Positions 12,701-27,060 are shown, counted from the stretch's first letter. The stretch: 64,000 bases of DNA from Basidiobolus meristosporus CBS 931.73 (GCA_002104905.1 MCFE01000444.1:9784-73783), one strand, 5' to 3'. A program made the numbers and translations. Notes: generated by a model from the sequence alone, not told the origin.

Positions 12701-13030
12701 ATAGGCACACCAAGGGGTTGCAGCACTACTTCAAGAGCAGTGCACAAGAAAACACACATGGATATTGCAAGGATTCATTGCAAAGACTGGCCAATGAGGT
12801 GCCACACCTTGTGGCACTGGCTGAAGACCAGGGTATATGGGAACCAGCAAATGAACAGTGACATAAAGCCACGGGGTTCCTGCCAAAGTCATAAAAAGGG
12901 CATTACAACAGAAATACTTATTGAAGGATGGATTTTAATGAATCTAACTATCAAGTGTGGGACTGGGCTTAATGTTAGTGAGAGATATAGGGATTTGCAT
13001 AGGTCAGTACAATTAGCAATTGAGGTTCAG
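9750..13030 (+). repeat. Unclassified decayed repeat family X; parts recur at 29000-30500 (inverted), 32100-32680 and 41760-42620 (inverted)
   Basis: By-eye homology, e.g. ELEVQPVKLHSSEVDV..SISSILDRV (12180) versus EAKPVELYCSEIDV..SMSSIVDRV (29651, minus). No domain recognised. Confidence 0.5.
12126..12740 (+). repeat. Diverged tandem duplication, period ~316 bp, within family X
   Basis: agcccagaataggctgaatcc (12126) versus agtccagaacagactgaatcc (12442); both units end cttcaagagcag. Confidence 0.75.
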
Positions 13031-13834
13031 CTCAAGTTTTAACAGAAATAATCAATCTTTATGCCTGAAAAGTAAGAGAATTAGTTGAGTCAGGAGGTTA
13101 GGAGTATGAAAAAGAGGCAATAGCAATCAATGCACTCAAACAAAGGAGATGACTGAGTGTCTGGGATCATAAAGTGATGTTATTTGTTGAGGACCAATCA
13201 AAAGCCACTTTGCTTATTGCAATACAAAAATCTGACCAAGTTTTATGCAAAAACCAAGGTGTAATTATTTTTGTATAGTTATAGCACAGTGTATCTTCAC
13301 AATCAATACTCTTAGTCATGCAACCTTACTTTTGTGACATCCTTTTGACAGCACCGGTATTTCTAAACCAATATTGCACTCATTTCTTTATTTTGCTTTT
13401 TGCTATTGTAACACACAAGTGAAAGATCAAGAATTTCCACTTTGAATGACAAATGCTCCAGACCCTGACAAGCAATCCACCCAAGAATATTATTTCATAC
13501 AGAACACGTAGTAGCCAACGCATGTTTAGAATTACAGCTCATTTGAATCAGTACTTGAGGAGTTTTGACCCAAAGAGTCCAACTATTATATATACTATGC
13601 CTTATTGGTAGGATTACTATGGTGACTTGGATTGCATGTAACTTTCAAACCAGCCAATCAAATCACGTGTATATTCTGACTTTGATCAGTACTACATCAG
13701 TAAAGAGACTGCAAAGCTCACAAGAATCCAATCTAAGTTCTACAAGAAACTACCGCTTTTCTGTTGGAAAAGTCCCGTCTAAGAAACCCCTTTGGGTTTA
13801 AGGGGAGGTCAGAACTTCCATATTAGGTAGTATT

Positions 13835-14203
13835 TGTTGCAATTTAAGAAGTGATTTGGATATAAGGAACTTATCAAGAAATAGTGATAATAGTTGAACT
13901 GTTGTTTATTCATAAAGAAGCTCAGTATTTATACCTTTGTAGAAGTAATACAGCTGCAACACTAAGTAGGGAGGGTTTCTCAATATTCAGGGGCATTCTG
14001 TAACAGTTTCAGGGTTAGTACATAATGTTTGGTAATAGTGCTAATTTGATCCTGACTATAGGGGAATAATCATAAGATCATATATCTGGAGAAAGTGGCA
14101 AAGTTAAGGCAGTAAATGAGTCCTACAGTGACTAAGACTAGCCTAGAATTGTTAAGTAAATTTTTAGCTGCTGAATGATACCAAATAGTCCAATATTTCA
14201 ACA
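13835..14203 (-). repeat. Solo LTR, copia family A, TSD GTATT
   Basis: 369 bp, about 5 differences from the LTRs at 24455 and 28213; GTATT on both sides. Confidence 0.97.
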
Positions 14204-14489
14204 GTATTTTCTCAGAAAGGAAAGTGACTTCCAAATAAGGAAAAGTTAATAAAAAGTAAATAAGCTCATTAGTAAACAGAAGGTCAGAATGCTACTGTAG
14301 AAGCAATAAACACTGCCTATAGTATATTTTGAGCCTAGGTTGAGGAAATTAGTGAAAGTTATATCTTCTATTGGTATATCAAACTCCCAATAAACTATTT
14401 CAGTATTAGCATACTGGAAATTGTTGTATAGTGTTGATTAGCCTCTACATTGTCAAATAAGCCCCAAACTAATCATAATACAACTCAAC

Positions 14490-17146
14490 ACATCAACCTT
14501 CTTAGGGTCTAAGGTCACTCCTGTGCTAGTCACTATATGTCCCAGGTATTCAATGTGTACCTTGAAGAATTTACACTTGGCTAGCTTGCCATATAGCTTG
14601 TTCTCTCTTAGTCTCTTCAAGACCTTTTCAATGTGCACCATGTGATCCTTTTCTGTCTTGCTGTATGTCAATATGTCATCCAGGTAGATTATCACAAACT
14701 TGTCCAAGTACTCCTGAAAGACAGTCTGCATCAGCGTCATGAATGTTGCAGGGGCATTAGTGAGGCCAAAACTCATGACTAAGTACTTGTAATGTCCATA
14801 TCTGGTCCTGAATGCTGTCTTAGGGATATCTTCTGGTTTCACCCTAATCTGGTTGTATCCTGACATGAGGTCAATCTTGCTGAAAATAGTGGCTCCATTA
14901 GGTTGGTCCAAAAGCTCATCAATCCAAGGTATGGGGTACTTATTCTTGACGGTAACTGAGTTCAGGGCTCTGTAATCAATGCACATCCTAAGTGTTCCAT
15001 CCTTCTTTTTCACAAAAAGCACTGGTGCTCCCCAGGGTGACTTGCTGGGCCTGATGTATCCTTGCTCCAATAGCTGATCAATTTGTCTCTTCATTTCCTC
15101 CAATTCCAATGGGCTCATTCTGTAAGGTGTCTTGCTCACTGGAGGGCTATCACCTGTGTCAATGGCATGATCCACGTCTCTGACTAGTGGTAGGCTTACA
15201 AGCTCATCTGGAAACACGTCTGAGTATTTCTTCAAGAGAGTCTGGACCTGCTGGGGTGCTGGGGTAGAGGAATCCTCCTGTAATACCACCATGAGGAACA
15301 TCTGAGTACCTTTTCTAAGCGCTCTACAGAATTGGGTCTTGCTAAGTTCACTTGTCTCGCACATACTGGAATTGACCAAGTTGAAATCCAGCCTGGCAGG
15401 TAATAGCTCATAGGTCTTGTTGTTCTTTTGGAGCTGAGTAGCATGGGTTCTCCAGTTGATTGATGGATTACAACAAAATAGCCAGGTTTTCCAAGTACAA
15501 GGTCAAACTTGCAGTTCCCAAATATATAAGCCTTTAGGTCTTCTTCATAGTCATTGATCTTCATTCTTACTGGCTGAGTAATACGGTTGATTATGTGAGA
15601 GTTCCCATCAGCTGTTGAGACTGAAGTTGATTTGGTAGGTTCTGAGTTGATCCCAGCTTTCAGAGCAAATTGCTCTGACATGTACTCATGCAATGCTCCT
15701 GAGTCAATCATGATCTTGGCAGGTACTCCATTGATTACTCCATTCAGGTATAATAGCTTTCCTGAGTTTGAGGTCATGTGGGATAGGTATTCTTCTGTCA
15801 TGTGGAAGGTGAGTTCTGAGTCTTCTTCAAGTTCATCCTTCATGTTACTATGCTCCATGGCCTCAATACGGTTAAAGGTTCTTGATGTCTGGTGTCCATT
15901 TCTTCTCTGAGGGCAGTACTTTGCAATATGTCCTTGCTGGTGGCAATTGAAGCAAAGTCCTTTCTTCTTACATTCTTCCAAGGCAGGATTCTTCTGCATA
16001 GCATCTATTTCCATTGGTACTGCTTCCAACTGTCTTCTTTCATAATGATTGTAACCTTTCTGATTAGTCACTGTAGGCTTCCCAACTCCAATATAGCTGA
16101 GTCATAGTCAATGGCAATCTTGATGGCTTCTTCAATAGTCTGAGGTCTTTGATAATTCACTTCCTTGCAAGTTCTTTCTTTCAACCCATCAATAAAGTAT
16201 TCAGCTTGATCCAGGGGGTCCATTCTTTCAATTTGTCCAAGTAGACATCTGTACTCATTTATGTATTCTTGAACCATTCCTTTCTGTCTGAGTGTCTTTA
16301 ACTTCCTTCTTAGTAGTGTCTGCTGGTGTGGAGGTTCAAAAGCATCCTGAATTTCTGACACAAACTCATCCCAGGTAGAGATTGTAGAGCATCCCATCAT
16401 GGTGGCTGATCGGATCTTGGTGTGTACCACTGTAAGGCTGCATCTGCCAGGTAGGAAGCTGCATAATGCAACTTGCTTTCTGGAGCAATTCCTTTAGCTT
16501 TAAAAGCTTCTTCAATCTGAAAGAGCCAAGTTCCAGGTTTTCATTGACTCTGCCATGGTGCTGGTTGACCTTCACACTAAAGTTGCTCTTGACAGGGCTT
16601 TGCTGGCTCTGAGCCATGGTAGTCATTCCTTGTTGCTGTTGGCTGAGGATCTGGAGTAACTGTTGCTGTTGGGCCAGGATTTGCTGCATGGCATTCTTCC
16701 ATTCTTGATTGTCCAACATCTTGAGGGTGGTTTCTTCTTTCTTCAGGAGGGAGGTTTTTGGTTATTGCTGCTACCAATGTTACAAGTCTTGGTATAAGAG
16801 TTGTAGAAGAATAGGGAGTTTAGCCAGTATTGTATTCACTAAAACTTGAACTGATCTTTATTGAGGTTCCAGCAGCTCCTTATATACATTTTGCCAGATC
16901 AATTGCTGACTAATTGTATTTCCTAATGTAGGTTGTGGCTGATGACTTGTTTGATTGCATCATCATCACCCAATAAGATTCCACTTTATATATCTATTTT
17001 TGTCTGATAAGGATCTGCTGATTCATTTGCTTACTAATGTTACTGATATGATAGATAATACTGATATACTGATAACCTAAACATATAACTAATTGATTTG
17101 ACTAAAAACTGATCTAACTTAAATATTCAGGTGGCAGATCATAACA
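14490..17146 (-). mobile_element. Ty3/gypsy LTR retrotransposon, copy 2; truncated at the end of RT
   Basis: LTR 16778-17146 (TGTTAC..ATAACA), PBS 16767-16776, frameshifted gag, CFNCHQQGHIAKYC, DSG, and RT ORF 14453-15379 with YLDD. Confidence 0.95.
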
Positions 17147-17149
17147 AAA

Positions 17150-17690
17150 GCACCAAAATCCAATAAAATCTAGTTGTTCTAACTTCTGTAAGAAGCTCAG
17201 ACACTGGCAAGAAAATGAAAGAAGATATAAGCAGATGAAAAAAGAGAGTAGAGCAGGCAAGCCGTATAACTACCAAAGAGCAGTTATTGGTAACTTTACA
17301 AGAAATTGCAAGTAACTCAAGTAGTGAATAATATATTGACCCTGGAGAAGCAGAGCATATTTCCAGTATAAAGGAATGGTTTGCAACAGAAAGACTCTTC
17401 CTGTAAGAAAGGTTTATCTGGGAGACAACTCCACACTGGAAGCTACAACTAGTGGGTCTATACAGCTAAATGATAGTAATTTCTCAGCGGCAACAACAGC
17501 AAAACTGACTGACATACTCTATGTACCTGAAATAGCCAAGAACCTGCTCTCAGTTGGTAAATCAACTACTCAGGGACTGATATTTGCTTTTACACAGCCA
17601 AGCTGCTCAATAAAGAGTGAAAATGGACAAAAAAATAGCTTTGGGAATCAGATATTGTAATAAGTACAAGTGACTTTGCAAGATCATTGT
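17150..17690 (+). pseudogene. Copia family A gag-end/protease relic
   Basis: KTLPVRKVYLGDNSTLEATTSGSIQL..LYVPEIAKNLLSV matches the C-terminal part of the ORF at 26974-28176. Confidence 0.8.
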
Positions 17691-17699
17691 ACCTGAGTC

Positions 17700-18110
17700 T
17701 GGCAACATTGCTGGGACACATAGAGACTTGCACAGGGTTAACCTTAGATCCCAAGAAAGTGGAAGTTAGCAAGAATCTGAAGCAGCCCCATAGTATTTCA
17801 GAGCTCAGATCATTTCTTGCATTTTCTCCTGTTATTAGAGAGTTGTCAAAACCTTTGCAAGTATTGCAGCCCCATTGACTGCTGTCCTCAATAAAGACAA
17901 CACCTTGAAGTGGGACAAAGTCCATGAGACTGCCTTTTAGATGCTCAAGAATGAACATGCAAAGCTACATAATGGATATGGACATCTCAGAGCTCAGGGA
18001 ATCTATAGACTTTTAAAAGCTAGACAATGGTGGCCCAGAATGAAACAGCCATAACACTTTAGAACTGATGGAGTCACTGAGCAGCACAATTAATTATTTG
18101 AAAAAATACT
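17700..18110 (+). pseudogene. Gypsy RT-end/RNase H/integrase fragments fused by deletions
   Basis: LDPKKVEVSKNLKQPHSISELRSFL, then HNGYGHL..RQWWPRM (integrase zinc-finger start) and TDGVTE. Confidence 0.7.
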
Positions 18111-20997
18111 GACCTAGTATGCCAATGGTGCTGTCAGTGTTGCAACTAAAGATGTGATTTGGATATCAGGAACTTATAAAGATATAGTGATAATAGTTGA
18201 ACTGTTATCTTTTCATATAGAAGCTCAGTATTTATACCTTTGTAGAAGTAATACAACTGTAACACTAAGAAAGGGGGGCTTCTCAACATTCCAGAGCAAT
18301 CTATAACAGTTTCAGGGTTAATACATAATATTTGGTAAAAGTGCTAATTTGATCTTGATTGTAGGGGAATAATCATAAGATCATAGATCTGCAGAAAGTG
18401 GTAAAGTTAGGACTGTAGGTTAGTCCCACAGTGATCCAGAGTAGTCTAGAATTGATTTGTAAGTTATCAGATCCTAATTTATTCCAAAAAATTCAAATTT
18501 TCAACACTCCCCCTCAATAAATAATTTCTCAATCCTAATTCCTCTCTGATATTCTCAAATTATGGCCTGGTTAGTGGTATTATCAACATATATACCACCA
18601 TTTTGTCAATTGGGCAGTCAACTAGCTCTACTAAGCTGCTTTCCACAGCTTCCCTCACAAAGCAGTGTTGTATACCAATGTGCTTAGTTCTGGCATGACT
18701 TGTAGAATTCCCAGCTAGTGAAATACAACTTTGAGTATCCTTGTCATAACATGTTGGCTCATTTGAATCAAAACCTAAGTCTTTGAATAATTTTTGTAGC
18801 TATAAAGCCCTGTCAATTGCTTGACAAGCAGCCATATACTCAGCCTCAGTTTTAGATTGGGCTACAGTGGTTTGTTTCTTACAACTACAAGTAATAGCTG
18901 CACTTGCATAAAGAAATAAATACCCAGTGGTAGAGCATCTGTGAATCTGATCCCTACCCCAATCTATATTGCTATGACTGTCATATTTTGCCAATTAGCT
19001 GCTCTAGAGTATTCTAGTATCATATTTCTGGTACCTTATTGACATTTGAAAAACCGCTTAACTGCTATCATTTGATCTGACCCATAATATTGCAAGAACA
19101 AACTGCCTAGTCCAGCTGCCACTGCAATATCTAGACATGTAAATACCATCAAGTACATCAGACTGCTGACTATTGATTGATTGGGAGAGTTTTGTCCGTA
19201 ATTCAGCCATTTTCATCTAAAACTGACTGATATTTGCTCAGCTAAAGTCTAGACCCTGGATCTGGCAATAGCCTTTAGCCATTAATATAGCATTTTACTT
19301 ACCAATGGTACTATTTGAGGTAACATCAATCCTATAGATCCATATCTATCCTGTTGGCTTTCTCCCATTTGGTAAATATACCAGTTCCCAATTTTTGCCC
19401 TGCTACTTGTGGTACTCCTCCTGTATGGATTTTTGCTACATAGTAGCATCTAGACTTTGCTTTGCCTGTTCTAGACTCTGAGATTTAGCACATAAGGCAA
19501 GATAAGCTTCTTCATGATCATTGGACATCTGCCTCCAGGATCCAGGGGCATTTCTTATACTGGCAAGTCTCCTAACTGGGATAATCTGCTCCAATCTCAA
19601 ATAAAAATAATTATCTTCCATATCAGGATTTTGCATTAGCGTTGATTGCATCATCAGGTAGCTGGCCAATGGTTGCAGTGGCTTTCTGATCTTAATTCTC
19701 CTCAAATACAATGTGCTGCTCTTCATCAACTTCCAAATTTTGCTATCATTTACTCTATATGCTCCAGTATCCTCAAAATACCCAAGAAAGTTCCCTTATC
19801 TACTTGTTGGTTCCACTTTGAGCATCTTATATATGCTTCAAAGAGTAAAGTCCCAGAGTGCTGTTGTTAGGCATGCATTTGTGATGTATTCTGCAGTAGC
19901 AACACATTAGGCCCAAAACTTGTAGTCCACTCCCTTATGATATGGTATAAGTCTTCCCACCTCTACTAGTGCCCTATTTGAAACATTCTATTACTTTATT
20001 TTGCTGTAGAGTATGTGTGACAGTGATGTGAGGAAGTATACCAGTAGATGAGCAGTACTCTGCAACCTCCTTTCAGCAGTACTCCCCTCCATTGTTGCTT
20101 TGAAGTACATTCAGTTTACACACAGTTTGGGGTTCTGTCAAGTTCTTGAAGTACTTACGCATCCCCAAGGCCACATTCTTTTCTGTGAGGAAGTACACTC
20201 ATGTATATCTTGTGCTGTCATTAATAAATGTCATAAAGTATCTTTTGGCTCCAAAGGACAGTGTTCTCATGGGGCTGCATATGTCTGCATGCACAATTGC
20301 CCATATTTTGGCAGTGTTCATGCCTCCTGAGCTCCTGAAATGTTACCTAGCTTGTTTGCCATATGAGCAACCCTTACAGACATTTAATTTGATTGGAATT
20401 GAGTAATCTGGGCTCAAAACTAGTGGACTTTCACCAACTGGCTCATTTTGGTTCCTCAATATATCTTAGCCTCCTATGACATGTCTCCAAGCCAGTTTTA
20501 TTTGTTTCAGCAATATTGACATATCCAGGTACAATGATCTTGCATTGCAACTTGTATATAGTGCGCTTTCTGATCCCTAAAGCTAACTCTGTCCACTTAT
20601 TCTTATTATTGAACAGCTTGGCTTAGTAAAAGCAAATTTCAGTACCTGAGTAATTGCTTTACTGACTGAGAGTAGGTTCCTAGCTTTTCCAGGCACATAG
20701 AGGTCATGAGGCAGTATTGATGTAGTTACCCCTGAGGTACCAGTCATATGTAGCACTATAGGCCCACTGTTGGTAGCTTCCAGTGAAGTGTTTTCTCCCA
20801 GATAAACCTTTCTTGTAGGAATAGTCATTGCATTGCTGAACCACTCCTTTATGCTTTAAATATGCTGTAATGCTCCAGAGTCAAAATGCCTTTCATTTCT
20901 TCAGCTACTTGCACTTTCTTGTACAGTTACTAAGAACTGTTCATCAGTAGATATATGGATTGCCTGCGCTAGTTTCTGTTTTTAGTCTGCTTATTTC

Positions 20998-23881
20998 TGA
21001 TGAAATAGCAGAAGTCCATCTAATTATTAATAAATTATGAGCTAGCACTTAGTTATTTGACATATATCAGAGTATTAACTTAGAAATTAGTTGGTAAAAT
21101 ATTTGCTAATTATTAGAAATTAGTGAAGTACAGAATTTTAGCAAGATCTGAAACTTGTCCAAATGCGCTGAGACTTGGCATATCTACTCCTTAGACTCCC
21201 TTAATAATGAACAAATAGTCACAGATATATAGTTCAGCAATAGGTATAAACACTGTGATGCAACTCAATAATTCAACAAGCAAATATCATGTAAATATTC
21301 CAAATCTCCATTTTACTTCCAATATATCTCTCAAATGTTTTGAAATGATGTGAGCCCCAAGCTTGCTATATCTTGGGTGTCTACTTTTCTTCAGTGCTGT
21401 GTCTTTATTCTGGAGAAAAATTGCCTTGTCTACCTGAAGTTACAAAAGATAGAATAGTACTGCCATTGCAAAGAGCTGCTAAGTAGGATATATTACTATG
21501 GAAAGAGAGACATTTGCCTTTAAAGAAGACATTGAGAGAAGAAAGAGGTCATAAGTTGAGGAGACCATGCTAGGCAAATCTCAAATTATCCCTAACTTGC
21601 AAACTTTAGAGTGGTATGCACAATATGACAGTGGTACTATTTCTTGTGCCAATGATCCTGAAGCTCTGTGAGACATCTGATAGACACATTTTATGTCTAC
21701 ATTAAGTATCAGACACAGTTGGAGGAAATATATCCAAAAATATCTGAACATGGAATTTCTACCACCATCAACAAAAGTGCTACTGGAGATCCTGACCAAA
21801 GTATATGCATAAAAAATCCATATATAGTGTGGAGAATATATGAGATACTATTTAGGAATGTACCAGTTGCCCTATACTGGTACATATATCACTTTGGATC
21901 TAGTGATTGCTGATCATAAATACCAACATGGATCAGATGTTAATCTTGCTATTATGATCCAATCAGTTTACTTGCAGCTCCCAGCTATAGACCACACTTT
22001 AGTATGTAATAGCTGCTACCAAGATGCTCAGAGCAATGGCTTTTTAAGGCATGTTATATCAGATTTAAGTTGATGGCCAATTTGGATGAAACATCTGAAT
22101 ACAAGTGCTCTGCAGACAGGAGGCTTCTGAGCACTCTAGAGGATCTGACAGGCTTTAGATATGCTAACTGCATGATCCAGATCTAGATCAACAAGGAACA
22201 CTCAGCAAAAAGCATTTTCACTACCCAATATGGAACAAAAACCTACCTCCATTGGATGTAAGGTTCTAAATGGAGTTAGGTGATACCTAGGCCAGATTTG
22301 GACTATCTAGCACACTACAAATGATCCAGCAACCTATCACACAAGGATAATCAAATACTGATGTTTGGAAAGCAGAAGAAATGCTCATGAGAAAGTACAC
22401 CCACAGAGGCAACATAGATATTACAGTGAACAACAAAGTCAGCTTCCTTGCAGCTGGAGCTAGAAAAGTAGTACCAAGAGCTAACCTAAGGGTTATAATG
22501 GATGCAGAAGAACATGGGTCTGTCCATTTGCACTGTCAACTGAGCCCAATGCTGGGATATTCTATCAAAAGTACCAGTGGCATACAAGGGCTGTTTTGGT
22601 ATATTTATGCAATTGGAAAGTGCCAACTCCAGTTGTATCATTTAAGTGCAATGATATATATGAGAACCTATCTATCCTGCTTAGGATGAAGCCTCTATGA
22701 GCTGCTACTAATCTGGCCGTGGTACTCTGTGATACCAAATTAACCCTATCAAGAAATAAACAGAAGCTCAGAGTATGTAACAGAGACTTTAGTCCCAGAA
22801 AGTTATTCCTAGATTAGGAGGATATATATGATCTATGCAGTCTATTTCATAAGGTGGGAAGCAGTAGAAGACATAGCATCAGTGGGAGTACAATACCCCA
22901 GATCAGGAATGAAGAGTTTGAAGTCCAAATGCCATCGAAAGCACTGGTCCAGCAGAAAAAACATTGAATCAGCTGGTGACAATCCAGGCTACCATAATGC
23001 TGGCCAGTTATTGCCTCTAACACATAATATATGGAATATGCAAGGAAAGTTATTAGTCAGATCCAGTTATAAATATATGGAGAACAGTCTGAGTGAAATA
23101 GACTACATACCAGAACTGTGGATGATCCAGATCCACTGGAAAGAAGCTACATCCTAACTTTGCAAGTTATAGACCTATTAGGGTCATATAAGATGCAGCA
23201 GAATACCTGAAAGCACAGCTACCTACTGGTACAGAGTATGACAGAATATGAAGAGTATCCAAAAGGCTTTACTCCAATCAAGTGGATGGTATTCAGTCAT
23301 AGATACTTTGTGATAGATCAAAGTTCAGACTCAAAGTAGTTTGATCTGAAGTATGTAATTATTAGTATTGGCTTATACTTTGTGATTGCAGATAATAATC
23401 AATCCCTAATACATATTGGAGAATATATTAGTCCAATAGGTTATATGATTTTTAGCAGGATTAGTTTCAACCAGAAGATACACAACACCACAGCAAGTTC
23501 ATATGCACATAAATACATTACTTCAGTGGGAATATTGAAATAATTAGAAGTCCACCTAATTATTAATAAATTTTGAGCTAACACTTAGTTATATGACATA
23601 TATCAGAGTGTTAACTTAGAAGTCAGTTGGTAAGGTATATGCTAATTGTTAGAAATTAGTAATGTACAGAATTTTAGGAAAATCTGAAACTTGTCCAAGT
23701 GCGCCAAAAATTGGCACATGTATTCCTAAGACTCCCCTAATAATGAGCAAGTAGTTAAATGTATGTAGTTTTGCAATAAGTATATATACTGTGTTTGAAC
23801 TCAATAAATCAATGAGTTAATATCATGCAAATCTTCTAATTTTGCATTTCACTTCCAATATATCTTTCTAATGTTTCAACA
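20998..23881 (+). mobile_element. LTR element family C (non-autonomous-looking), TSD ATTTC
   Basis: Direct repeats 20998-21345 and 23533-23881; PBS-like tgatgtgagcccc; PPT-like cagtggga; ATTTC at 20993-20997 and 23882-23886; splits the host gag knuckle region. Confidence 0.8.
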
Positions 23882-24817
23882 ATTTCTTGCATTCTCTTGC
23901 CCAGTCTCCTGGCTTCTTACAGTAGTAACAGCAACTAGGTTTCCTTTGGTTTTATTAGCTTTCCCTTGTTTTCTGGGTGCCTCTGTGAGCTGAATACAGC
24001 ATTGTCTTCAATTGTTTCTTCTTATTCATTAGAGCTGCGTTCTTCATGGAGCAGTCTTGCTTTGACATAGTCTAATGTCAGATTGTACTCTGTGATTTCA
24101 AAAGAAAGTATGGGTGGCTAATCAGAGTATCTGTTGTTCATCATCAACACCAGCATTAGTACTGCCAAGTTTGTCTGCAAGTGTCTCCATTCTGATAATG
24201 AGTTGTAGCATGTCATTATCTGGCTCCTTCCTCATGATGAAGAATTTTTGTTTTAAATAAAGCTTGTTTGAAGCTGACTTTGCGCCAAAGTTCTTCTCTA
24301 AGGATTCCCATGATGCATTGGCAGTACTTGAAAAATGAATTTGTGTAACAAAGGAATCTTGCACATTGATACATATGGCATTAAAGGCCTTTTTCTCCTT
24401 CTCTTGAGACTTCTCCACTTCTTCAGCCGTTCCTTTGGGCTCAAATTCTTTTCCTGTTGCAATTTAAGAAGTGATTTGGATATAAGGAACTTATCAAGAA
24501 ATAGTGATAATAGTTGAAGTGTTGTTTATTCATAAAGAAGCTCAGTATTTATACCTTTGTAGAAGTAATACTGCTGCAACACTAAGTAGGGAGGGTTTCT
24601 CAATATTCAGGAGCATTCTGTAACAGTTTCAGGGTTAGTACATAATGTTTGGTAATAGTGCTAATTTGATCCTGACTATAGGGGAATAATCATAAGATCA
24701 TATATCTGGAGAAAGTGGCAAAGTTAAGGGAGTAAATGAGTCCTACACTGACTAAGACTAGCCTAGAATTGTTAAGTAAATTTTTAGCTGCTGAATGATA
24801 CCAAATAGTCCAATATT

Positions 24818-26038
24818 TCAACACTCCCCCTCAACTAAATAATTTCTTAATCCCAATCTCTCTCTAAGGATCTCAAACTGTGGCCTAGCTAGTGGTTTTG
24901 TCAATATGTCTGCCACCATTTTGTCAGTTGGGCAGTAAACCAGCTCTACTAAGTTATTTTCTACAGCTTCCCTCACAAAGTGATGCTGTATATCAATGTG
25001 CTTAGTTCTGGCATGACTAGTAGGATTTCTAGCTAATGAAATACAACTTTGATTATCCTTGTAAATACATGTTGGTTCACCTGAATTAAAACCTAAGTCT
25101 TTGAATAATTTTTGTAGCCATATAGCCCCCTTAGTTGCTTGACATGCAGCCATATATTCGGCTTCAGTTGTAGATAGTGCCACAGTTAGTTGTTTCTTGC
25201 AATTCCAAGTAATAGCTGCACCAGCATAAAGAAATACATAGCCTGTGGTAGAGCGTCTGTCAATCAAATCCCTACCCCAATCTGAATCACTATAACCATC
25301 AAATTTTTGCCCATTAGCTGCTCCAGAGTATTCCAGTACCATATTTATGGTACCTTGTAGATATCTGAAAATCCGCTTAACTGCTGCAATTTGATCTGAT
25401 CCAAAATTCTGCATGAATTGACCGACTATTCCAACTGCTACTGCAATAACTGGACATGTAGACACCATCAAGTACATTAGGCTACCGACCATTGATTGAT
25501 AGGGAAAGTTTTGGTCCATATTTGAGCTGTTTTCATCTATAACTGGCTGAGATTTGCTTAATTTCAGGTTATTGTCCATAGGGGTTGCTGCAGGCTTGCA
25601 ATTTTCCATTTTGAAGCGTCTAAGAGTGTCCCTGATGCACTTAGACTGATTCAGCACAATTTTCTGCGTAGGTATGTCAAATTTGACCTCAATTCCAAGA
25701 AAATAGCTCAATTTTCCAAGATCTTTCATCTCAAACTTGCTGAAGAGATCTGATTTTGTCTGTTTAAGTGCCTCTTGATCACTTGTAGCTATAATTAGGT
25801 CATCCACATAAAGAACTAGGATGATCACACCCTTTTTGAGCTGTTTCACATATATACTGTGATCTGCAGTGCTACAAGAGAACCCAATTTCCTCTAGATA
25901 TGTGTCAATCTTGTTATACCATGCTCTGGGTGCCTGCTTAAGCCCATACAACGATTTTCTAAGTTTGCACACCTTATGGGGCTTTTTGAAAAAAACCTTC
26001 TGGTTGCTCCATATATATAGTTTCTTGCAAATCCCCAT
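24818..26038 (-). pseudogene. pol: Copia RT core + RNase H, separated from upstream RT by a frameshift near 25990
   Basis: LYGLKQAPRAW, LYVDDLII, YSDSDWG..RRSTTGY, STTEAEY, TKHIDIQHHFVRE, MVADILTKPL. Confidence 0.95.
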
Positions 26039-27060
26039 TTAGAAAGGCTGTTTTGACGTCCATTTGGTGTAGATCTAGACTGTGTACAGCTGCCAGGGCT
26101 AGAACTGTCCTAATAGAGTTAAACTTGGTAACCGGAGCAAATGTTTCCTTAAAGTCTAGTCCCTGGATCTGGGAATAGCCTTTAGCTACCAATCTAGCCT
26201 TGTACTTATCAACAGCACCATTTGAGGTTATCTTGATCTTGTAGACCCATCTACATCCTATTGGCTTTCTCCCATTTGGTAAATCTACCAGTTCCCACGT
26301 TTTTGCCTTGATCAGTGATTGGTACTCCTCCTGCATGGCTTGTTGCCACTTATTAGCATCTGGACCTTGCATTGCCTGTTCCAGATTCTGAGGTTTGGCA
26401 CATAAGGCAAGATAAGCTTCTTCATGATCATAGGATGTCTGCCACCAGGATCCAAGGGCATTTCTTGTTCTGGTAGATCTCCTAACTGGGATAATCTGTT
26501 CTGATCTGGAACTGGTAGAAGTATCTTCCATCTCTGGCTGGATTTGGTACGTATCTTCTTCATTTGTGTTGATTGCATCATCAGGCAGCTGGCCAATGAT
26601 TTCTGTGGCTTTCTGATCTGAATTCTCCTCAAATACAACGTCCCTGCTCTTGATCAGCTTCTGAATTTCGCCATCATACACTCTATACCCTTTAGTATCT
26701 TCACAATACCCAAGAAAGATCCCTTTTCTACTCTTTGGTTCCAACCTTGAGCGTTTTTTGTCAGGGATGTGATAAAAAACATCACTGCCAAAGATCCTGA
26801 GGTGCTGGAGATCTGGTTTTTTGCCTGTATATGCTTCAAAGGGTGTAGAATCACGTAGTGCTGTTGTTGGGCATCTGTTCTTGATGTATACAGCGGTAGC
26901 AACAGATTCCGCCCAAAACTTTTAGTCCATTCCCTTATCATGTAGCATAGATCTTCCCATCTCTACTATTGTTCTATTTGCACGTTCTGCTACTCCATTT
27001 TGCTGTGGAGTATGAGGAACTGTGGTCTGTTGAAGTATACCAGTAGACAAGCAGTACTTT
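25974..27060 (-). pseudogene. pol: Copia integrase C-terminal part and RT N-terminal part
   Basis: TPQQNGVAERANR, in-frame TAA in GMD*KFWAE, GIFLGY (SH3-like), KPIGCRWVYKIK, YKARLVAKGYSQ, QMDVKTAFLNG. Confidence 0.92.

Noticed and set aside
13355-13400. Homeodomain-like KK*VQYWFRN on the minus strand
   Set aside because: It is a short match beside a stop with no supporting helices. The stretches 13100-13830 and 14204-14490 are left unassigned.
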